A stretch of 64,000 bases of DNA, taken from assembly GCA_963796055.1 (NCBI GenBank), contig CAWCKH010000004.1:1088001-1152000 (forward strand), in the 5' to 3' direction. This document shows, one piece after another, positions 9,255-19,070 of the stretch (position 1 is its first letter; every line of letters starts with the position of its first letter). The notes beneath the pieces are model-generated. The model saw only the letters and a list, made by a program, of their open reading frames with translations. It was not told where the DNA came from and did no database searches. The stretch comes from an uncultured delta proteobacterium. GTDB taxonomy: Bacteria > Myxococcota > Myxococcia > Myxococcales > Myxococcaceae. The position numbers and the translations under genes are program-made.

Positions 9255-12200
9255 ATGAAGAGAGTCGTCTGGGCCGCCCTCGCCGCGTCCGCGGCGTTGC
9301 TGGTCGGCTGCAACAGCCCGCACATCGCGCTGGCGCAGGACAACGCGGTCACCGTGCCGGTGGGCGGCACATTCTTCTTCTCCGGAGTGGTCCAGGACGC
9401 GAACGGACCCATCCTCTGGAACCTCGACGGTCCTGGCTCCATCTCCAGCCTCTCCGGCCTCACCACCACGTACACCGCCCCGTCGACCTACGACCCGAGC
9501 CTGAACAAGGCCACCCTGACGGCCTCGCTCGCCGACGCCCCCGACGAGAAGCAGGTCGTCGCGATCACCATCGCCAAGCCCAGCTCCTCGGTGGGCGGAA
9601 TCCCCGGCCTGGCCTCGACGGTGACCGTCACCTACGACGAGCGCGACATCCCCACCATCAACTGCACCAAGTCGGTGGACTGCTACGCGGTCCTGGGCTT
9701 CATCCACGCCCGCGACCGGTTCTTCCAGATGGACCTCTTCCGGCGGAGCGGCCGGGGAACCATCTCCGAGCTGGTCGGCGACGGCGGCCTGGAGCAGGAC
9801 CAGACGATCCGCACCCTCTTCACCAACCGGAAGGGCGAGTTCGTTCCCGAGGCGCTGGCCGCCTACAGCCGCACCGACGACTTCGTGGCCAGCCGGGTGA
9901 ACGCGTACACCGCGGGGGTGAACGCCTGGATCGCGACGCTCCGGGCCAACCCCTCTCTGCTCCCGGCCGCGTACGGTCAGCTCGTCTACCGGATCGACCC
10001 GACCAGCACCACGGACCTTCCGGACTGGAGTGACGTGGATACCGCCGCGGTCGCGCGGCTCCAGCAGTTCCTCCTCTCCGAGGACGTGGAGAAGGAGCAG
10101 GACTACGGGAACTTCGCTGCCACGTTCCTTCCCATCGACCCGCTCGCGGTCAAGCTCTGGATCCGCGCCCAGTCGCCCGTGGGCGCCTTCACGCTCGCCG
10201 GGACCGGGGCAGCCGAGGCCCCGAGCCTGAAGGCGGGCCCTCCAGCAGCGGAGGCGGTGAAGGTGACGGTGCCCGCGATCCGGGGGGCGGCCAAGCGCGT
10301 TGTTCCACTCCAGCTGCTGCGGGAGCTCTTCACCGACCCCGCGGGCTCCAACAACTGGGTCGTGGATGGCGCGCACTCCGCCACCGGCCAGGCCATCGTG
10401 GCCAACGACCCGCACCTGTCACTGACCTACCCAGCTAACTTCCACCTCTCCCACCTCATCGGTACGGAGGATCAGCTGAACGTGATGGGAGCGATCTTCC
10501 CCGGCGTCCCGACCACACTGATCGGTCGCGGGGCGCACGTGGGGTGGGGGGCCACGGTGGTCGGGTACGACGTCACCGACCTCTACGTCGAGCACGTGGT
10601 GGGCGTGCAGCAGGGCGTGCCCATCGTCGAGTTCAACGGGCAGCAGGTCCCGCTGACGGTCGTGCCGCAGGTGTACCGCTACCGCACCTCGGCCGGGCTG
10701 GCGACCCTGCCCAACCCCCAGCCGGTGCTGGTCTCTCCCAAGCACGGGCCGGTGGTCTTCTTCGATCAGACCAGCGGTCTACTGGTGAGCGCGCGCTGGA
10801 CGGGGCAGGAGACGCAGACCGACGACATCCGCGCGTTCCTCCGGCTGAACAACGCGGCGAGCGTGGACGACGCCCGCCGCGCGCTCGAGGGTGATTCCAA
10901 GCCGGACGGAGGCCGGTTTACCGGATACTGGGTGGGAGCGCAGAACTTCGTGCTCGCCGATGACCAGGGCAACATCGGTTACGTCCCTCACGCCTGTGTG
11001 CCGCAGCGTCCCTGGGCCGTCTCCGCGGGCTATCCGTATCCGGTGGTACCTGTTCCGGGGACCGGAACCTTCGAGTGGACCGCCGCCTCCGACGGCGGGA
11101 TCGCCTGTGTCCCGGACGAGCTTCTGCCGCGGGTGTTCCCGGCCGATGGAGGCACGGGGTCCGCGAAGGGGTATCTGGCCACCGCGAACTTCGATCCACT
11201 CGGGGCCTCGAAGGACAACAACCCTTACAACGACGGTGCCCACCCTGGAGGGGCTCCCTACCTGAGCTTCGACTGGACTGACCCGGTGGGCTTCCGCATC
11301 CAGCGGATCCAGGACGTGCTGGACGCCAAGACGGGCAGCGGCGGGAAGGTCGGCCTCCAGGACCTCCAGGCGCTCCAGTCGGATCACGTGCTCACCGCGG
11401 CCCGGCCCTTCGTTGAGTTCATGGCTGCCCATGTGGGCGAGACGTCGGATCCGAACGCCCAGGCCGCCATCGCCTTCCTCGGCGACTGGGGCGGAGCCGA
11501 CGCGGGGATTCCCTTCGACTGCCCGACCGGGCTGGTGGCCGGAGCGCTCGATCCGCTGTCCCCTGCCGACCCCGACCCGGCCAACAGCGACAACTCCGCG
11601 CGCTGCCTGCTGTTCCACACCTTCCTCCGTCGCGTGCTCGAGACGACGTTCGCCGACGAGGCAGCGGCGGCGGGAATCTCCCGGGACCCGGGTATCGAGG
11701 TCCGGGCGCTCGTCACGCTGCTCACCAACACCACCGACCCGGTGGTCCAGGCGGCGAAGGCCAGCAACTCGCTCTGCAGCGACGTCGATGCCACCGGGCA
11801 CAAGGTCAAGGACCGGACCTGTGCCTCCCAGGTGCTCGATGCCATCGGCTGGGCCTACGGGAAGCTCACCAGCGTCTACGGAGCGAGGACCAGCTGGCGC
11901 TGGGGGCAGGTGCACACCGTGACCTTCAAGTTCGCGGTCAGCGGGTATCCGCTCGTCGACCCGGCGTTCCAGCCTGGACCGTACCCGCGGCCCGGCGGCG
12001 CGTGGACGGTGGACGTGGGAAGCCCTGCGGCGAGCACCTCAGCCCAGCTTTCGTTCCCTTACGGCTCGGGCGGGAATGTCCGCTGGCTGTCGGCCATGGA
12101 CGGCACCGTCGCCGACACCTTCATGCAGCTCCCGGGCGTGGAGAGCGGCGGGCCATACCCGTTCGGAAAGTCGACGATGCTGACCGACTGGGTGCAGAAC

Positions 12201-12269
12201 AAGTACTTCAACTTCCCGTTCGAGCCAGCCGACGTCACCTCGGTCCGGAGCGAGACCTTCACACCCTGA
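9255..12269 (+). CDS. Penicillin acylase / AHL acylase family Ntn-hydrolase (lipoprotein with N-terminal beta-rich extension)
   Basis: Lipobox LVGC; GFIHARDRFFQMDLFRR; GSNNW nucleophile site; ANDPHL; WRWGQVH. Confidence 0.9.
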   Translation: MKRVVWAALAASAALLVGCNSPHIALAQDNAVTVPVGGTFFFSGVVQDANGPILWNLDGPGSISSLSGLTTTYTAPSTYDPSLNKATLTASLADAPDEKQVVAITIAKPSSSVGGIPGLASTVTVTYDERDIPTINCTKSVDCYAVLGFIHARDRFFQMDLFRRSGRGTISELVGDGGLEQDQTIRTLFTNRKGEFVPEALAAYSRTDDFVASRVNAYTAGVNAWIATLRANPSLLPAAYGQLVYRIDPTSTTDLPDWSDVDTAAVARLQQFLLSEDVEKEQDYGNFAATFLPIDPLAVKLWIRAQSPVGAFTLAGTGAAEAPSLKAGPPAAEAVKVTVPAIRGAAKRVVPLQLLRELFTDPAGSNNWVVDGAHSATGQAIVANDPHLSLTYPANFHLSHLIGTEDQLNVMGAIFPGVPTTLIGRGAHVGWGATVVGYDVTDLYVEHVVGVQQGVPIVEFNGQQVPLTVVPQVYRYRTSAGLATLPNPQPVLVSPKHGPVVFFDQTSGLLVSARWTGQETQTDDIRAFLRLNNAASVDDARRALEGDSKPDGGRFTGYWVGAQNFVLADDQGNIGYVPHACVPQRPWAVSAGYPYPVVPVPGTGTFEWTAASDGGIACVPDELLPRVFPADGGTGSAKGYLATANFDPLGASKDNNPYNDGAHPGGAPYLSFDWTDPVGFRIQRIQDVLDAKTGSGGKVGLQDLQALQSDHVLTAARPFVEFMAAHVGETSDPNAQAAIAFLGDWGGADAGIPFDCPTGLVAGALDPLSPADPDPANSDNSARCLLFHTFLRRVLETTFADEAAAAGISRDPGIEVRALVTLLTNTTDPVVQAAKASNSLCSDVDATGHKVKDRTCASQVLDAIGWAYGKLTSVYGARTSWRWGQVHTVTFKFAVSGYPLVDPAFQPGPYPRPGGAWTVDVGSPAASTSAQLSFPYGSGGNVRWLSAMDGTVADTFMQLPGVESGGPYPFGKSTMLTDWVQNKYFNFPFEPADVTSVRSETFTP

Positions 12270-12361
12270 GCCGGTGAACCGGCCGGGTCGTCCTCACCTC
12301 TGCGTCCGCACGCCGCGGGCACCCGTCATCCACTTCGGAGTAGAAGAGCCGGCGACACGCC

Positions 12362-13603
12362 ATGCAGCCCGTCGACGTCTCGTGGCTGGTCCGGCTCCGC
12401 TGGGCCGCCGCCGTCCTCTTCCTCCTCCTCGCCCTGGCCGCCGGGTCGGTGTTCCACATCCCGGTGCCGCCGCTGGCGGTGGGCGTGGTGTGGGCGGCGC
12501 AGGTGGCGAGCAACGTCGCCCTCGCCCTCCGGGTGCGGCACCACCGGACGGTGCACACCAGCACCGTCGCCGCGCTGATGGCCCTGGACACCCTCTTGTT
12601 GACCGTGCTGCTCGCGCTGAGCGGCGGGCCGAGCAACCCCTTCAGCGTGCTGTACCTGGTGGACGTGGCGCTGGGCGCGGTGGTCCTCACCCCCGGGCTG
12701 ACCTGGGCGCTGCTGGGCCTGGTGCTCCTCTGCTTCGGCTCGCTCTTCCTCCCCATGCCCTGGAGCCCAGGCGCTGCGCTCGGACACGCCGAGCTGATGC
12801 AGCTGCACCTCCGCGGGATGTGGGTCGCCTTCGCGCTCGCCGGCTGCACCCTGGTGGCCTTCGTGCTCCGCGTGCGCCGTGCGCTGGCCGACCGGGAGAC
12901 GGAGCTCGGCCGCGAGCGGGAGCGGGCCGGACGCCGGGACCGCCTGGCCTCCCTGGCCACCCTCGCCGCGGGCACCGCCCACGCGCTGGGCTCGCCGCTC
13001 TCCACCATCGCCGTGGCCGCGCACGAGCTCGAGCGACGGCTCCAGTCGCTCCCCGAGGCTGCCGAGGACGCGCGGCTCATCCAGCTCCAGATTTCCCGCT
13101 GCCGGGAGGCGCTGGCCCGGATGTCCGCCGAGGCCGGACAATCCCCGGGGGAGATGCTCCACCCCCGCCCGGTCTCGCTGCTCCTCGAGGAGGCGCTGGA
13201 GGGCCTTCCCGAGCCCGAGCGGGTCAAGGTCGAGCTGCAGGAGGGCGTGCGCGACGCCACCGCCGCCCTTCCGGTCCGTGCGGTGGGTCAGAGCGTCCAG
13301 GCGCTGGTGCGCAACGCGCTCCAGGCCTCGCCCGCCGGCGTCCCGGTGCACCTCCGCCTCGGTCTGGAGGGAGACCGCCTACGGGTCGAGGTCGAGGACC
13401 GGGGCGAGGGCATGGCGCCCGAGGTGCTGGCCCGCGCCGGCGAGCCCTTCTTCAGCACCCGCGGCTCGGGACACGGGCTGGGCCTCGGGCTGTTCGTCGC
13501 CCGCAGCCTCGCCGAGCAGCTGGGGGGCGACCTGAGCCTGGTCTCGGCGCCCGCGCGGGGCACGCGCGCCCGGCTCACCGTCCCGCTGGTGCCCGCCTCA
13601 TGA
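12362..13603 (+). CDS. regB: RegB/PrrB-like redox sensor histidine kinase
   Basis: TM domain with GGPSNPF motif, H-box AHALGSPLSTI, conserved Cys (SRCRE), G-boxes; paired with a RegA-like gene. Confidence 0.85.
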   Translation: MQPVDVSWLVRLRWAAAVLFLLLALAAGSVFHIPVPPLAVGVVWAAQVASNVALALRVRHHRTVHTSTVAALMALDTLLLTVLLALSGGPSNPFSVLYLVDVALGAVVLTPGLTWALLGLVLLCFGSLFLPMPWSPGAALGHAELMQLHLRGMWVAFALAGCTLVAFVLRVRRALADRETELGRERERAGRRDRLASLATLAAGTAHALGSPLSTIAVAAHELERRLQSLPEAAEDARLIQLQISRCREALARMSAEAGQSPGEMLHPRPVSLLLEEALEGLPEPERVKVELQEGVRDATAALPVRAVGQSVQALVRNALQASPAGVPVHLRLGLEGDRLRVEVEDRGEGMAPEVLARAGEPFFSTRGSGHGLGLGLFVARSLAEQLGGDLSLVSAPARGTRARLTVPLVPAS

Positions 13604-14139
13604 CCTCGCTCTCGTTCCTCCTGGTGGACGACGACGAGAACTTCCGTGAGCGGATGGCGCGGGCGCTCCGGGACCGCGGCCACGAGGTCCGCACCGCCGG
13701 GAGCCCCGAGGTGGCGGTACGGCTCGCCAGCGAGGATTCGCCCGAGTGCGCGGTGGTGGACCTGCGGATGCCCGGCGGCAGCGGGCTGGACGTGGTCTCC
13801 GCGCTCCGGTCCATCGACCCGGCGACCACGGTGGTGGTCCTCACCGGGTACGGCAGCATCGCCACTGCGCTGGAGGCGGTGCGCCGCGGAGCGCTGCACT
13901 ACCTCCAGAAGCCGGTGGACGCCGACGAGCTGCTCGCCGCCTTCGCCCGCGGGGGCACGCTCCCGGCCGAGGAGATTCCCCCGGAGCCTGCGGCGCCCTC
14001 GCTGGCCCGCGCCGAGTGGGAGCACATCCAGCGGGTGCTCGCCGACTCGGGAGGGAACATCTCCGAGGCCGCCCGCCGGCTGGGGCTGCACAGAAAGTCG
14101 CTCCAGCGGAAGCTCCAGAAGCACCCCCCGCGGCGATGA
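13600..14139 (+). CDS. regA: RegA/PrrA-like response regulator
   Basis: ATGA overlap; receiver domain plus SLARAEWEHIQRVL..GNISEAARRLGLHRKSLQRKL Fis-type HTH. Confidence 0.9.
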   Translation: MTSLSFLLVDDDENFRERMARALRDRGHEVRTAGSPEVAVRLASEDSPECAVVDLRMPGGSGLDVVSALRSIDPATTVVVLTGYGSIATALEAVRRGALHYLQKPVDADELLAAFARGGTLPAEEIPPEPAAPSLARAEWEHIQRVLADSGGNISEAARRLGLHRKSLQRKLQKHPPRR

Positions 14140-14145
14140 GCGCGT

Positions 14146-15066
14146 TCAGTTCAGCACGAACTGCAGGCTCGCCGTCGCGGTGACGCCCACCGTCTGCTCC
14201 CCGAAGAGGTGCGTGGCAAACGGCACCTGCACCTGCGCCAGCAGCCACATGGGCCCGGCGATGTTCCAGGCGATGCCGGGAACCGCGGACACCACCAGGC
14301 CGCCGGTGTTTTCTTGAAGGACGCCCTCGGAGCGGTCGCGCCACGCGTAGCGTCCGTCGAGCCCCAGCTGCAATGCGAGCGGCTGGAGGACGCGGAAGCG
14401 CAGTTGCGCGCTCCACAGCACCGCGTCCCCAAACCGGTAGCCGTAGCTGTTGGTCGTCCGGAAACGCCCGGTCACCGAGAGGAAGAAGTTCCACGGGTCC
14501 TGGTGGAATGCGTACAGCGCGCCCACGTACGGACCCCAGGCACCAGTCCCGAGCTGGGCGTGCTGGTCGATCCGCTCGCCGTCCGCCGTCGTCTTGTCGT
14601 CCGGGCCGGTGGGGAACGAGGTGCCGACGGTCAACGCCAGGTTCTGCCGTCGCTGGGCCTGGATGCTCGTCGCGTCCCAGACGAACACCCGGGCCCCGAG
14701 GTCCACGTCCCCGAGCCCCGTCGGCACCGCGGTCTCTGGCTCGGCGGTGGGGGTGCCGGAGAGCGCCCAGTCCTTGCGGACCAGCGGGACCTGGAGCACC
14801 AGGTTCATCCAGCGCAGCGGGCTGAAGACGACCACCGGACGGAGCGTCATCTGGGTGAGCGACTCGGTCCGGTCCGGCTCGTCGTCGCTCCGGGCCGTCG
14901 CGGTCAGGTACTCGTACTCCAGCGCGAACCGGAACGTGCCGGCCACCGGCATCGAGTCCCCCGCCAGCACCAGTGGATCTCCGCACCCGCAGACCGAGCA
15001 GGCGCGCGCCGCGGCGGGGACGAAGAGGACGCTCGATCCCAGAGCGAGGGCGGCGAACCGGAGCAT
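14146..15066 (-). CDS. Putative outer-membrane beta-barrel protein with N-terminal CxxCxC motif
   Basis: Signal peptide (AARA|CSVCGCGDP), GLGDVDL and QLGTGAW motifs typical of MetA-pathway-like/transporter barrels, amphipathic strands, C-terminal LQFVLN. Confidence 0.7.
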   Translation of the reverse strand: MLRFAALALGSSVLFVPAAARACSVCGCGDPLVLAGDSMPVAGTFRFALEYEYLTATARSDDEPDRTESLTQMTLRPVVVFSPLRWMNLVLQVPLVRKDWALSGTPTAEPETAVPTGLGDVDLGARVFVWDATSIQAQRRQNLALTVGTSFPTGPDDKTTADGERIDQHAQLGTGAWGPYVGALYAFHQDPWNFFLSVTGRFRTTNSYGYRFGDAVLWSAQLRFRVLQPLALQLGLDGRYAWRDRSEGVLQENTGGLVVSAVPGIAWNIAGPMWLLAQVQVPFATHLFGEQTVGVTATASLQFVLN

Positions 15067-15104
15067 CTGGCCGCCGATTTAGCGTTCCCGCCACCCCCGC
15101 ACCC

Positions 15105-15121
15105 TGCGGCAAAGCGCCGCA
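15105..15121. promoter_or_regulatory. Putative RegA/RegR box
   Basis: Perfect palindrome TGCGGC-AAAGC-GCCGCA matching GCGGC-N5-GNCGC, 39-55 bp upstream of the barrel gene that sits next to regA. Confidence 0.55.
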
Positions 15122-15184
15122 CGAGATGGCGTCAGGAGCGTCGAGGTGGCCCCACGATGGCCACCGGCGAGTTCCGGACTCGGC

Positions 15185-16722
15185 TCACCGCCGGTGGCGC
15201 CCCAGCACCCGGAGCACCGCGCCGATCAGGTCCACCGAGTCCACGGGACGGGTCAGCTCGGCGTCGTAACCCTCGCGGCGGGCCCGGGCACGCTCTGCGG
15301 GCCGCGATGCATCCACCATGCGCCACGGCACGCAGCGCCAGGCCCGCCACACCCCGCACCTGCGCGAGCAGCCCGCGGGTGGGGTCGCCGAAGGCCATCT
15401 GTCCACTGACCAGCACGTCCGGCCGCGCCGCCCGGGCGTGCGCCAGGGCCTGGCCCGGGTCCGAGAGGTCCACCTCCGCCCCGGCACGGGCGAGCGCGGT
15501 GGCCATCAGCTGTCCGGCGGAGCGCTCCTCGGGCACCAGCAGCACCCGCACCCCGGCCAGCGGCAGCTGCGCGGGCGCCGCCACCGCGGCCATCGCCGGC
15601 ACCCCCTCCTGCGCCGGCGCGGGCACCGAGAGCCGGAACGTCGCTCCGCGGCCGGTGCCGCTCTCCACCGCCAGGCGTTCCCCCGTGGAGGGCGGTGAGC
15701 CTGCGGGCGATGGACAGCCCGAGCCCCAGCCCGCTCCCGCGCTGCTCGTCCTCCGTGCCCTTCCAGAACGGCTCGAACACATGGGGCAGCGCGTCGGGCG
15801 GAATGCCGGGGCCGGCGTCGCTGACCTCGAGCGCCACCCCGCCGTCCGCCCGCCGCATCCGGACCAGCACCGTGGCCCCCGGGGGCGAGTACTTGATGGC
15901 GTTGGAGAGCAGGTTCCACATCACCTGCGTCAACCGGCCCGGGTCGCCGTACAGCGCCGGCAGGTCCGGGGCCATCTCCATGTCGAGGTAGACCTCGCGG
16001 TCCTCCGCCTCGGGCTGCACCGTCTCCACCGCGTCGCGCAGCACCGCGCCCGGGTTCACCCACTCGCGCTTGAGGACCAGCTTCCCCCGCGCCATCCGCT
16101 CGGCGTCCAGCAGGTCGTCCACCAGCCGCGCCTGGGCGCGGGCGTTGCGGAGGATGGCGGTGATGGCCCGCTCCACCGTGTCCGGGTCCGAACGACGGGC
16201 CTGCAGCGACCTCGCCCAGCCGAGGATCGCGGTCAGCGGCGTCTTGAGATCGTGCGCTACCGCGGCCACCGCGAGGTTGCCGCGCAGCGCGCCCTCGGCC
16301 TGCTCGCGCGCCGACTGCGCCTCCGCCAGCACCTCCAGCTGCGCCCGCTCGGTCATGCGCCGGGTGGTGACGTCCAGCACCAGAGCGGCGAGGCCACGCG
16401 CGCGGCCGGCCGAGTCCACCAGGGGCCGCCCGTACCAGGCATGCCACCGGAGCGCCCCGTCGAGGTGGATGCACGGGTACTCGAAGTCGTGGATTCCCCG
16501 GTCCGAGAGCGCACGCCAGAGCGTGTTCCAAACCCGCTCGCGCTCGTCGGCCTGCACGTGCTCGAGGAAGGCGTCCACGGTGCGCGGCACCGTGCCGAAC
16601 AGCGACTCGGCCCGATCCGTCCAGCTGATGCGCCCGCTCTGGAAGTCGTACTCGCAGCTGGCGAACACCGCTGCCGTCGGCAGCGGGCCCGTCTCGATGC
16701 GCTCGCTGTCCGATGGGTTCAC
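15185..16722 (-). pseudogene. PAS/HisKA/HATPase-receiver hybrid histidine kinase with two +1 frameshifts (pseudogene or sequence error)
   Basis: AHDLKTPL, NLLSNAIKYS and GLGLGLSI motifs. Removing one base at ~15675 gives LHGGTLAVES..GATF; removing one at ~15320 gives the receiver end AERARARREGYDAELTRPVD. Confidence 0.8.
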
Positions 16723-16895
16723 CGGAAAAGCACCTCTCGGCTGGAAGCCCCAGGCGCCGACCGGCAACAAGAACCACGAGTGAAGAGGCGGCCGGCGCGG
16801 TGCCGCCTGTAAGACACCCTACCGCGCGGTTCGCGCGGCGCGCCATGGCGGGTCTCGCACACCCCGTCTCAGCGTGGGGCCGAGTCAACACCTAC

Positions 16896-16925
16896 CGGTG
16901 GCGAGTCAGACCGACCTCGCCACCG
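16896..16925 (-). terminator. Stem-loop downstream of the OmpA-family gene
   Basis: CGGTGGCGAG-N10-CTCGCCACCG 10-bp stem about 15 nt after the stop at 16940; no clear U-tract. Confidence 0.45.
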
Positions 16926-16939
16926 ACCAGAGCGGAATC

Positions 16940-17776
16940 TTACGGCTTGGGCTTCTCGAGGATGACCTCGACCCGGCGGTTCTTGGCCCGCCCGGCAGAG
17001 GTCTTGTTGTCGGCGACCGGACGGTCCTGGCCGATGCCCACCGTGCGGATCTGATTCGCCGGAATGCCGTCCTCCACCAGGTACTTCCGCACGGTCTCGG
17101 CCCGGGCCTGGCTGAGGGTCATGTTCGTCTCGGGCTTGCCGGTGCTGTCGGTGTGGCCCTCGATCAGGATGGTGCGCTGGGTACCCTTGAGCGCGTCGGC
17201 CACGACCTTCAGCCGGTCAACGGCGACCTTCTGCAGATTCGACTTGCCGGTCTTGAAGGGAATTCCGCCGGCGAGGGTGATGATGGTGCCGCGCTCGTCC
17301 TCCTTCACGTCGGCGAACTTCTGCATCCGCAGGCGCGCCATCTCGGCCTCGTGGGCGGCGCGCTCCGCCTCGGCCCGGGCCGCGGCGTCGTTGGCCGCCG
17401 CGCCCTTCTCGTCCCACTCCTTCTGGAGCCCGGCCAGCTCCCACTCCTTGGCGCGCCGATCGGCGTCGGCCTTCGCCGCCGCCGCCGCCTTGTCGGCGAC
17501 CTCCGCCTTGTACAGGGCCTCCTTGGCCAGGTCGCGCTCGCGCGAGGGGTCCTTGCCGTAGTCGAAGGAGGCCTGCGCATCCTGCGCGGACTGCGCGGTG
17601 CCAATGGCCGTCTTCGCGTCGCCGAACTCCTTCGGGAACTTCTTCGGGTCCCCGGTCTTTTGCGCGTGGGCGTAGGTCTCCTTCGCCTTCGCCAGGTCGG
17701 GGTAGGTGAATGGCGCCGAGCAGCCCGCGGACGCCAGCGCCAGGACAACGGTGAGCTTCGTCAGTCGCATGGTCAT
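16940..17776 (-). CDS. OmpA-family peptidoglycan-binding lipoprotein
   Basis: Lipobox SAGC, helical N-domain, IEGHTDSTG..N..LSQARA and GRAKNRRVE. Confidence 0.9.
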   Translation of the reverse strand: MTMRLTKLTVVLALASAGCSAPFTYPDLAKAKETYAHAQKTGDPKKFPKEFGDAKTAIGTAQSAQDAQASFDYGKDPSRERDLAKEALYKAEVADKAAAAAKADADRRAKEWELAGLQKEWDEKGAAANDAAARAEAERAAHEAEMARLRMQKFADVKEDERGTIITLAGGIPFKTGKSNLQKVAVDRLKVVADALKGTQRTILIEGHTDSTGKPETNMTLSQARAETVRKYLVEDGIPANQIRTVGIGQDRPVADNKTSAGRAKNRRVEVILEKPKP

Positions 17777-17787
17777 CCCTCTCCCTT

Positions 17788-18138
17788 TCACTTGCCCAGC
17801 TTGGTCTTGAGGTCGGCGATCTGCGCGTCGAGCTCCTTGACCTTGGCGAGGTTGTTGGCCTCGGTGGCGTGCATCTTCGCGTCGTCCGCGGCAGCGCTGG
17901 CCAGCGAGAGCTGGGTGACGGCCGCGGAGTTGTCGCCCTTCTTGATCAGGTCCTGCGCGCTGGCCAGGTACTTCTCCGCCTGGGCCAGCAGCTCGCTCGC
18001 CTTCGGGTCGTTCGCCGCGCCGGCGGCCTTGGCGGCGTCGATGGCGGAAGTGGCGGCTTTCAGCTTCGGCGACGGGTCGACTGTGGAGCAGCCCACGGCG
18101 GCCGCCCCCAACGCGATCACGGCAACGATTCGACGCAT
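17788..18138 (-). CDS. DUF4398-like helical lipoprotein
   Basis: Lipobox AVGC, Ala-rich helices (AIDAAKAAGA), directly upstream of the OmpA gene as is typical. Confidence 0.75.
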   Translation of the reverse strand: MRRIVAVIALGAAAVGCSTVDPSPKLKAATSAIDAAKAAGAANDPKASELLAQAEKYLASAQDLIKKGDNSAAVTQLSLASAAADDAKMHATEANNLAKVKELDAQIADLKTKLGK

Positions 18139-18253
18139 GGGAAAGTCCTCGAAACGGCGGGTTGTGCCTGCCCGGTGCGGCGCCCCGCATACTGGAGCAG
18201 GGGAAGCATCGGGTGACGGTTGTGAAACGACGGTTGCTCCTGCACCGGTCGGA

Positions 18254-18652
18254 TCAGACATCGCTCGTGCAAAACTTGCATCGGGTGGCGGCGGTGGGGA
18301 GCGCCTCGGTACATCGCGGACAGTTCTTCGTCGGCGCAGGGGGCGGGGTCTTGAGCAGCAGCTTGGTGAGGAAGAACACCACCAGGGCGACGATGAGGAA
18401 GTCCACCATCCGCCCGAGCAGATCGCCGTACTTGATGGCGTTGGTCACCTTCCCTGCCGCATCGTGGCCGAGCGGAGCCTCGAGGGTCCGCCACTCGCCG
18501 CCCGGAAGCAGGATGCCGACCACGGGCATGATCATGTCGTCGACGATCGCGCTCACGACCTTGCCCACGGCGCCCCCGATGACCACCGCGACTGCCAGTG
18601 CGAGGGCGTTCTGCTTCAGCAGAAACTCGCGGAAGTCCTTCGCCAGACTCAT
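18254..18652 (-). CDS. mscL: Large-conductance mechanosensitive channel with C-terminal CxxC..CxxC tail
   Basis: DFREFLLKQNALALAVAVVIGGAVGKVVSAIVDDMIMP, IKYG..FLIVA; tail CPRC..CKFC. Confidence 0.92.
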   Translation of the reverse strand: MSLAKDFREFLLKQNALALAVAVVIGGAVGKVVSAIVDDMIMPVVGILLPGGEWRTLEAPLGHDAAGKVTNAIKYGDLLGRMVDFLIVALVVFFLTKLLLKTPPPAPTKNCPRCTEALPTAATRCKFCTSDV

Positions 18653-18795
18653 TCGCGGCTTCCCCTCCCTGTCGCCCCCGCGAGTCCTGCCCGTCTCTCG
18701 CCCGAAAGGCAACAGGAACCTTACCTACGTGCGATTGACCGTTGGTGCGAGTCTCCCCAAGGTCGTACATGGAGCTTCGACTGGAGGGACGCACC

Positions 18796-19035
18796 ATGCC
18801 GGACGATGAGCCGGACTTCTCCGACGTGCAGGGCGGCAGCTCGAGCATCTCCACCGATGCGCAGGTCGAGCGGACCTACACCGTCCGCCCCGGTGACAGC
18901 CTGAGCAAGATTGCCAAATCGCTGCTCGGCGACGCCAAGAAGTGGCGGGTCCTCTACGAGACCAACAAGGACGTCGTGGGCAGCAACCCCGACCTCATCA
19001 AGCCGGGCCAGGTTCTGAGGATTCCCAAGGTCTGA
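18796..19035 (+). CDS. LysM domain protein
   Basis: YTVRPGDSLSKIAK..NPDLIKPGQVLRIP; RBS GGAGGG. Confidence 0.9.
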   Translation: MPDDEPDFSDVQGGSSSISTDAQVERTYTVRPGDSLSKIAKSLLGDAKKWRVLYETNKDVVGSNPDLIKPGQVLRIPKV

Positions 19036-19070
19036 AGCACAGCGCTCTTCCGCGTCCGCGAGGAACACCG

